A stretch of DNA of 64,000 bases from a virus: the IMG/VR virus record IMGVR_UViG_3300045974_000102, positions 51,883 to 115,882 of that record; one strand, 5' to 3'. Position 1 is the first letter of the stretch, and each line of letters opens with the position of its first letter. The notes beneath the pieces were generated by a model. That model did not search any database. It was not told the origin of the DNA and saw only the letters and a program-made list of their open reading frames with translations. Below are positions 58,279 to 64,000 of the stretch, piece by piece. The position numbers and the translations under genes were made by a program.

Positions 58279-59826
58279 ATGGTATCTAAAGCTAATCTAT
58301 CTCAACACCAACGTCGTCTCATTTTAGACAATGTTGGTGAACTTCCAACTGATTTAATAGCTAAACTACCGAAAGGTCTAAGGAAAGATTATCTACACTT
58401 CTATCCTTATGGTTTTCATGCTTTACCTGATTCACTTGCATTAAGATATAAACTATGTCCTCAGTCTACCAAGATACTGAATGCTTTACAGCAATTACGT
58501 GATGCTTGGGAGTTAAGCAAATTTATTACAATAGACCAAGAGATGTCTTCTCTTATCTGTTCTTACAACAGTGATGAGGAGTTCAATGATTATATTGATT
58601 CTCTTGCTCCTCGTAAGATTACTCGTAAAGGTACTTCGGTACTTATTAAGTCTGATGTAATGTCTCTTATGAATTCTAATGAGTTCATAATTGCTTCTGA
58701 TGTTTCTAGTGTTCTTACTGCTGAGGTGGTTGAGCCTGTTGAGACTGATGTTGCTAGAGCTATTAGATCTGCACGTGAGGTTGCTGATACTATTGCTTTG
58801 TCTTCTCGTAAGGAAATTATTATTGTTCCTGAAACTTCACGAATATATACTTCTCCTGAAGTATTAAGAACTATTGGTGTCAATAGATTTAAATGTTGTT
58901 ATGGTAAGAAAGGATATCCGTCTGAGGTTGAGGCTTCCGATGCTATAGCACATCAGTATGATGTTGCTGTTCGGAAGGGAACTCCTTTGGATGTTGAGAT
59001 CTCTTCTTATCTGTGTCCGTATTGTAGTCTTTGGCATAAGGCTAAGTCTTCAACTGTTGATTGGTTTAAGCGGAACTTTGTTCTTAGTGTACCAACTGAT
59101 TTAAAAGAATATAAAGAGGAAATTGAGATGGCACGTGAAATCCAACGTAATACTGTACTATTATCCCTGCCAGGTAGATGTCTATATGCTATACATATGA
59201 AAGGACATCATGACCTTAAAGGTCTAAGCATCGGGGTTATACTACAAATGTTAAGACAAGGTCTTGCTGAATTTGAGGCTTATAATCCTGCTGAAGGTGT
59301 TTTATGGTTGGATAGACAAGGTAACCGTGCTATTACTCAAGCATATGAAAGAAACATTATGAACAACAGTATTGTTCTTAAAACAAATGCTGTTCCTCGT
59401 ATTCTTGAATTGTTTAATGATTGGAAAAATATTCAGAACAAGTCTTTAGATGTATGTGTAGATGAAACTGTCGAGACGGTTGATGAGCCTGTCGAGACTG
59501 TTGAACCTGAGCGTATCATCAAGTCCGATACTATTGTCAGGTGTAAACCTGCTGTAGTATCAGAGCACGAAACTGAACCAGTAATTACATTCTTTGGTCC
59601 GGTTACACCATATACACCTGTTGATGATAATCTTAAACCATCTGAATCTGATGCTCTTGACTTCTCAACTGTAACTGCTCAACTATTATCTAATGATATA
59701 GAAAAATGGAGAGAAAAATATGAGGCATGTCATAATGTCCTCATGGAGGTATGGACACATCTGGAAAATGGTAAATCTGGTGACTATGTGCATTGTCTAC
59801 TAGATATAAAACTACCATCATTGTAA
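58279..59826 (+). CDS. Multi-domain hypothetical protein with zinc-finger-like motif
   Basis: CCYGKKGY..EA..YLCPYCSLWH. Confidence 0.7.
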   Translation: MVSKANLSQHQRRLILDNVGELPTDLIAKLPKGLRKDYLHFYPYGFHALPDSLALRYKLCPQSTKILNALQQLRDAWELSKFITIDQEMSSLICSYNSDEEFNDYIDSLAPRKITRKGTSVLIKSDVMSLMNSNEFIIASDVSSVLTAEVVEPVETDVARAIRSAREVADTIALSSRKEIIIVPETSRIYTSPEVLRTIGVNRFKCCYGKKGYPSEVEASDAIAHQYDVAVRKGTPLDVEISSYLCPYCSLWHKAKSSTVDWFKRNFVLSVPTDLKEYKEEIEMAREIQRNTVLLSLPGRCLYAIHMKGHHDLKGLSIGVILQMLRQGLAEFEAYNPAEGVLWLDRQGNRAITQAYERNIMNNSIVLKTNAVPRILELFNDWKNIQNKSLDVCVDETVETVDEPVETVEPERIIKSDTIVRCKPAVVSEHETEPVITFFGPVTPYTPVDDNLKPSESDALDFSTVTAQLLSNDIEKWREKYEACHNVLMEVWTHLENGKSGDYVHCLLDIKLPSL

Positions 59827-59833
59827 GTAACAA

Positions 59834-59857
59834 AGCACCCAGTTTATACTGGGTGCT
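59834..59857 (+). terminator. Perfect stem-loop after 58279-59826 gene
   Basis: AGCACCCAGT-ttat-ACTGGGTGCT. Confidence 0.55.
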
Positions 59858-59877
59858 ATCTTCGAGGGAGACGTAAG

Positions 59878-60090
59878 ATGAATGGCCATAAGGTTAAACA
59901 AGCAAAAGTAATCGGAAGTTTAGCATCCAAGTGCATCTTGGTCTATAACAGTATTAAAATTGGTGAGATTGAATGTGAACCTGAAAATCTTCCTAACACT
60001 GTAGCTATTAATGGTGCTCAGTATGAAATTATTGATGCTGACAAAGTAGGTGTCAAAACCTGGAATCTGTATCTTGAAATAATTCATTGA
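59878..60090 (+). CDS. Hypothetical protein
   Basis: GAGGGAG RBS. Confidence 0.55.
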   Translation: MNGHKVKQAKVIGSLASKCILVYNSIKIGEIECEPENLPNTVAINGAQYEIIDADKVGVKTWNLYLEIIH

Positions 60091-60100
60091 AAGGAGAGTT

Positions 60101-60364
60101 ATGGGAAAGACTGTAAGACCTTTTTTCATTGTATATGTTATCTTTGTTGTTTGTTTAGCTTACTTCATACCTTTGGCTTATAAGGAAGGAGTTAAAGTAG
60201 GATATGCTGCTGGAACTTCTGAAATGCGAGCTAGAGAACGTAAGTGTCGTGAGATACTAACTAAAGCTTCCATATTATCTAATCATTCTACTATTACTCG
60301 TATGTTAAAGGATGGTCGACATGGAGGACAAAGAAAAGTTATACCAAGCAAAATTAAAAGCTGA
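60101..60364 (+). CDS. Single-TM protein
   Basis: AAGGAG RBS; hydrophobic N-terminus. Confidence 0.6.
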   Translation: MGKTVRPFFIVYVIFVVCLAYFIPLAYKEGVKVGYAAGTSEMRARERKCREILTKASILSNHSTITRMLKDGRHGGQRKVIPSKIKS

Positions 60365-60486
60365 AGCTGCTATTGTTAAATTAAGAGATAGCCTTGATGC
60401 TTTAGCTGCTGCAATGAAATCTATTAAACTTAAAGTTGATAAGGATAAAAAAGAATAGTGTCGTGCTATCAGTGAAGGAGGTGTGT

Positions 60487-61137
60487 ATGGAACGTATATT
60501 TAGACGTATCATCATGCTCCTCATTGCTGCATGGTGGTGGAGTTTCAGACGTAAAGTCAAAAAGTGGGCGAAATCCAACCGAATTCCTAAAGGAGAAAAT
60601 GGAATTATGAAAACAACACTGAAGATTAAAGGCGTCAATGTAGGCCTGCAATTCTGTGAAGGATTTGGGCCAGTGGCTGCTCGTATGTCATTTGACGAGC
60701 TCAAAGAAATTGCTCCGGCTAAAGATGCTCGCACAACTGTTACCGAGTTCAACTACGGTATCGACGAGTATGAACACGAGCTCGAGATGAGCGAACAGGA
60801 AACCACTGAAACCTATGGTTTCATCCGCGGAAACGACACTGAAATCCGTAAAGGTCTTAAATGGGCCTTCGAAGGCATTGGCAACTTTGTTGCTCCTGAG
60901 CTGAAGAAATGGAGTGACCTCGGCCTCAACCTCGCCACTGCTGCCAACTCTCCGGTTGACGACAAAATCGAAAATGCTGTCAGAGATGCTAAGCGTGTTT
61001 GGGAACGCGAAGCAGAAGACAAAGCATCCGATCTCCGTCGTGCTGAATTCGAACGTAAACAAGAAATCCGTCAAGCTGTTGATACCGCTGTTCTCGAAGC
61101 TCGCATGAAATGGGAAGCTTCCAGTGGTCATCAATAG
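60487..61137 (+). CDS. Hypothetical protein with two in-frame starts (60487 membrane-anchored; 60607 soluble)
   Basis: AAGGAGGTG before 60487, AAGGAG before 60607; C-terminal coiled coil. Confidence 0.65.
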   Translation: MERIFRRIIMLLIAAWWWSFRRKVKKWAKSNRIPKGENGIMKTTLKIKGVNVGLQFCEGFGPVAARMSFDELKEIAPAKDARTTVTEFNYGIDEYEHELEMSEQETTETYGFIRGNDTEIRKGLKWAFEGIGNFVAPELKKWSDLGLNLATAANSPVDDKIENAVRDAKRVWEREAEDKASDLRRAEFERKQEIRQAVDTAVLEARMKWEASSGHQ

Positions 61138-61144
61138 CTAACAT

Positions 61145-61330
61145 CTATTCCCTTGTGACACTTGAAGGGTAGCCATTGCGCAATGGCGAAGTATTAACTT
61201 CCTAAGGGCCACCGGTACTTACCGCCCCGCACTTGCCTCTAGCAGGCAGGGATAGTTGATGCACAAGCAGAAGGTTAGGGCAGCCCGGTAGGCCATCGGT
61301 GACTCCGAATTAAAGCCCTTTATCCTTAAC
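61145..61330 (+). ncRNA. Candidate structured non-coding element
   Basis: GC-rich intergenic stretch with several stems incl. GCCATTGCGCAATGGC palindrome. Confidence 0.35.
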
Positions 61331-61360
61331 TTCCACTCATTAACCCTAAAGGAGTAACAC

Positions 61361-61456
61361 GTGAAAATAATCTTTGGCTTAATAGTAATCTATTTTATTT
61401 TACTTGTTACAAACGTTATAACTGCTTCACTTTCAAAAAAACCCAACTTTGTATAA
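61361..61456 (+). CDS. 31-aa single-TM peptide (not in track)
   Basis: AAGGAG RBS, GTG; MKIIFGLIVIYFILLVTNV.. Confidence 0.55.
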   Translation: MKIIFGLIVIYFILLVTNVITASLSKKPNFV

Positions 61457-61493
61457 AACGCTTTAGCGTTTACATAAGATTAGGAGGTGCTAT

Positions 61494-61601
61494 ATGATAC
61501 CTTTACGAACAATAGTATTGTTCATCTGCATGATTGTTCATGCTTTACTAAAACCTCAAATTGATAAATGGAACAAAATATGTGAAAGGAGTAGAAAATG
61601 A
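61494..61601 (+). CDS. 35-aa single-TM peptide (not in track)
   Basis: AGGAGGT RBS; ATGA overlap with next. Confidence 0.55.
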   Translation: MIPLRTIVLFICMIVHALLKPQIDKWNKICERSRK

Positions 61602-61792
61602 TATCTTGGGTAATAGCAGCTGTATTATGTTTACAACTGTTTCTCTGGTCTGCATGGACAATACTTATATTGTTCCATTGGGACGAGAAAATCTCAGGTA
61701 ACAAAGAAAAAGAATTAAAAGCTAGTTATATCAATAAATGCTTTATCTTTACATTCGTCGTTTGTTTCTGCGCTTGGCTAGCTATCATATGA
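61598..61792 (+). CDS. Small two-TM protein
   Basis: AAGGAG RBS. Confidence 0.6.
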   Translation: MISWVIAAVLCLQLFLWSAWTILILFHWDEKISGNKEKELKASYINKCFIFTFVVCFCAWLAII

Positions 61793-61803
61793 AAGGACTT
61801 ATC

Positions 61804-61962
61804 GTGCAAATAATTCTCTGGATTATACTAACATACTTTATCGTTACTTGTCTTGCTGCAGCAGTAAGCTGGTGGAAAACATTAACCATTATCAAAAATC
61901 ATAACGAGTGGGTAAAAACTCAATATGATGATAGTCCTTACACTGTAGTAATCAATATCTAA
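61804..61962 (+). CDS. Small single-TM protein
   Basis: AAGGA RBS, GTG start (MQIILW). Confidence 0.55.
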   Translation: MQIILWIILTYFIVTCLAAAVSWWKTLTIIKNHNEWVKTQYDDSPYTVVINI

Positions 61963-61976
61963 AGGAGGTGCTATCA

Positions 61977-62240
61977 ATGAAGAAAACAATTAATACTAAA
62001 CCCGCTTGGTGGGAGAAGTTCATTAACTTTATCTCTGCTATTTGGCAGTGGATTACAACAAGATTCAAGTCTATGAGACAAGATGTTCGTGAGTTTTATG
62101 AGGACTTACGCTGCGTGTTCAAAAAGCATGGTTGGATTAGCAACACAACCATGATAGCTGGTGCTCTATTCTTCGCTCACTTACTATTTGACTTCATACT
62201 GTTAGGCTTTGCTGCTGTAGGCGTAGCCTCATTGATTTAA
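61977..62240 (+). CDS. Small protein with C-terminal TM segment
   Basis: AAGGAGGT RBS. Confidence 0.6.
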   Translation: MKKTINTKPAWWEKFINFISAIWQWITTRFKSMRQDVREFYEDLRCVFKKHGWISNTTMIAGALFFAHLLFDFILLGFAAVGVASLI

Positions 62241-62250
62241 AGGAGATGTT

Positions 62251-62445
62251 ATGGATCGTCCACACTACAAGCCTTTCATTAGGAATAGCCTCTGGAATCA
62301 AGAGCAGCATAACAAATTCGCTATGGCTGCACTCACTGGTATTCTTGCTCGTCCTATAACAAATCCTTTTACAAGTATGAATGAAGTAGTAAAACTAGCA
62401 GCAAACTACGCCGATCTTATGATGATCGAAATGGACAAAGAATAA
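62251..62445 (+). CDS. Small phage protein (FAMAALTGIL..A..YAD.M motif)
   Basis: AAGGAG RBS; motif common in phage hypotheticals. Confidence 0.65.
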   Translation: MDRPHYKPFIRNSLWNQEQHNKFAMAALTGILARPITNPFTSMNEVVKLAANYADLMMIEMDKE

Positions 62446-62468
62446 CTCTAACAAGAAAGGAGAATGGC

Positions 62469-62774
62469 ATGCATCCTACTCTCAGAGAGGAGTTCTGGAT
62501 GATTCCTATGCCAGAGGCAAACCTTATGGTCATTCCATTAGTTGGCGGACTGTTCCTGTTTATCTGTGCTTGCTGGTGGATAGCGAATCGCTTTAAAGGC
62601 AAGCCGTATATCTATAGTCGAACTACTGATGCTCAACTCGACGAAAAGATGGAACAACTTCATAAGTCACGCAGAGAGCTTCAAGAGCTTTATCAACAGT
62701 CTGGTAATTGGACTCAATTGTCCTACAGACTTAAACATGGCGAGGATATCGCCAAATTGCTTAAATCCCTGTAA
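62469..62774 (+). CDS. Single-TM protein with coiled coil
   Basis: AAGGAG RBS. Confidence 0.6.
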   Translation: MHPTLREEFWMIPMPEANLMVIPLVGGLFLFICACWWIANRFKGKPYIYSRTTDAQLDEKMEQLHKSRRELQELYQQSGNWTQLSYRLKHGEDIAKLLKSL

Positions 62775-62788
62775 GGGAGGTGCTATCA

Positions 62789-62989
62789 GTGAAGATAATC
62801 CGCTTCATCTTTTGGTGCTTTGTCATGATGCTATTAGTAAGTATACCATTGTCTGTAGTGAGCTGGCTAGGTAGATCTTGGTATATTCTTGTCATAGGAA
62901 TTCCAGTAATGCTTGGACTTGTAGCATCTTACAAGATATTCGGATACCTATGGCGAATTGATAAACCAAATTTCAGAGGAGGTGCATGA
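62789..62989 (+). CDS. Small two-TM protein
   Basis: GGAGGT RBS, GTG start. Confidence 0.6.
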   Translation: MKIIRFIFWCFVMMLLVSIPLSVVSWLGRSWYILVIGIPVMLGLVASYKIFGYLWRIDKPNFRGGA

Positions 62990-62990
62990 C

Positions 62991-63278
62991 ATGAACCAAT
63001 TGATGCCAGGTTTGGTTCTTGGTTGCATGATTTACGTAGGGTGGATGGGATTCTACTTCTTATATGTGCCTAAGCGCATTAAGAAAAGTATTGAGTCCTC
63101 AATGCCCTTACTGTTTATCATGGATGTCATGTTGACTGTCCTAGGGACTATTGGCATGTCAGCAGCGAGCGGGACTCTCACTGCGGCCTTTGGTGGGGCT
63201 ACTATAGCCTGCCTTGGCACCATTACCTCACTTGTCCTGAGAGGCAAGCGAAAGTTGTATAACCTTTGTTCAAACTAA
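62991..63278 (+). CDS. Three-TM membrane protein
   Basis: GGAGGT RBS. Confidence 0.6.
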   Translation: MNQLMPGLVLGCMIYVGWMGFYFLYVPKRIKKSIESSMPLLFIMDVMLTVLGTIGMSAASGTLTAAFGGATIACLGTITSLVLRGKRKLYNLCSN

Positions 63279-63288
63279 GGAGTCGTCT

Positions 63289-63387
63289 ATGGATTTCTGG
63301 AATTCAAAAGAAGGACAATTTTCAGGACTTGAGATTACTATAATTCTGGTCTTTATTGCACTTATTGCTTATAAGATATTCAACTGA
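63289..63387 (+). CDS. 32-aa single-TM peptide (not in track)
   Basis: AAGGAG RBS; MDFWNSKEGQFSGLEITIILVFIALIAYKIFN*. Confidence 0.6.
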   Translation: MDFWNSKEGQFSGLEITIILVFIALIAYKIFN

Positions 63388-63413
63388 ATACATCTCTCAG
63401 AGAGGAGATTAAC

Positions 63414-63500
63414 ATGAAAGGCTTTACACTCATTGAGCTTGTCGTTAACATTGCTACAACTGGCTTTGTTGCTGCATGTCTCTACATACTCTTCACTTAA
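63414..63500 (+). CDS. 28-aa minimal type IV prepilin-like peptide (not in track)
   Basis: GAGGAG RBS; MKG|FTLIELVVNIATTGFVAACLYILFT*. Confidence 0.75.
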   Translation: MKGFTLIELVVNIATTGFVAACLYILFT

Positions 63501-63511
63501 AGGAGCATATC

Positions 63512-63724
63512 ATGTTTATATTCGAAGGTTTCATAGTTCTCTTCGTCCTTGCCTTTGCATTTTGCTGGGCCATGGGTTGGTCAAGTTCATTGAGCGTTAT
63601 TGCTATCGGTACGCTCATGCTCATCCTCATCAGTGCTATCAGGGAGTTGGCACTCTACTTCATATCGAAAGGAGAAACAGAAAATGGCATGGAAACTGAG
63701 GAACCCGTTCGTGCGGGAGCCTGA
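63512..63724 (+). CDS. Small two-TM protein
   Basis: AAGGAG RBS before MFIFEG. Confidence 0.6.
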   Translation: MFIFEGFIVLFVLAFAFCWAMGWSSSLSVIAIGTLMLILISAIRELALYFISKGETENGMETEEPVRAGA

Positions 63725-63971
63725 GACCGCTAAGGCACAGCCATCAGCGAAGTCTCTCGAAGCGCTTCAGGAAAAGGCAGAGAACAGTATCCGTCTGTTC
63801 ATCACCGCCTCTGCTGTAGCAATGGGTCATCTGAACAACTTCACGGAAGCCATGAAAGGCATCGAAAAAGCCAAGGCAAAACAGCCTTGGTTTGGACACC
63901 GTTGGATGCAGAACTATCGTGAACAGAAGTATGCTCGCAAACTCCGTAAATATACGGTAGTCGCATCCTGA
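63684..63971 (+). CDS. Hypothetical basic protein
   Basis: AAGGAG RBS before MAWKLRNP. Confidence 0.6.
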   Translation: MAWKLRNPFVREPETAKAQPSAKSLEALQEKAENSIRLFITASAVAMGHLNNFTEAMKGIEKAKAKQPWFGHRWMQNYREQKYARKLRKYTVVAS

Positions 63972-64000
63972 CATCTGGCAAGGCGGAGATGGGTCTCTTA

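Noticed and set aside
61270-61320. tRNA or self-cleaving ribozyme
   Set aside because: No cloverleaf, TTC T-loop or CCA; no hammerhead CTGATGA/GAAA core
1-64000. Stop-codon reassignment
   Set aside because: Genes tile densely under the standard code, and TAA, TAG and TGA all end genes

Overview
This window is part of a large tailed (myovirus-like) bacteriophage genome with two divergent arms. The minus strand (1-46.8 kb) carries a complete morphogenesis module. In transcription order it runs: metacaspase, small terminase candidate, metallophosphoesterase, Gly-rich putative internal proteins, large terminase, portal, protease-scaffold, decoration protein, major capsid, small basic peptides, collagen-like and LRR (DUF285-type) fibres, a glycosyltransferase-methyltransferase fusion, neck proteins, sheath, tube and two tube paralogues, and chaperones. 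It ends in a giant (>1820 aa) tape-measure-position ORF, missed by the ORF track, that carries a DEDDh exonuclease and a DUF559/Vsr-like endonuclease domain. The plus strand (47.1-64 kb) holds early/middle-type genes: a 1021-aa single-chain two-barrel RNA polymerase of the YonO/RdRP-like type, repeated motif-plus-hairpin elements, two candidate structured ncRNAs, and an array of small membrane proteins. That array includes a 28-aa peptide consisting only of a type IV pilin N-terminal helix. All calls come from motif reading and gene order; no database search was run.
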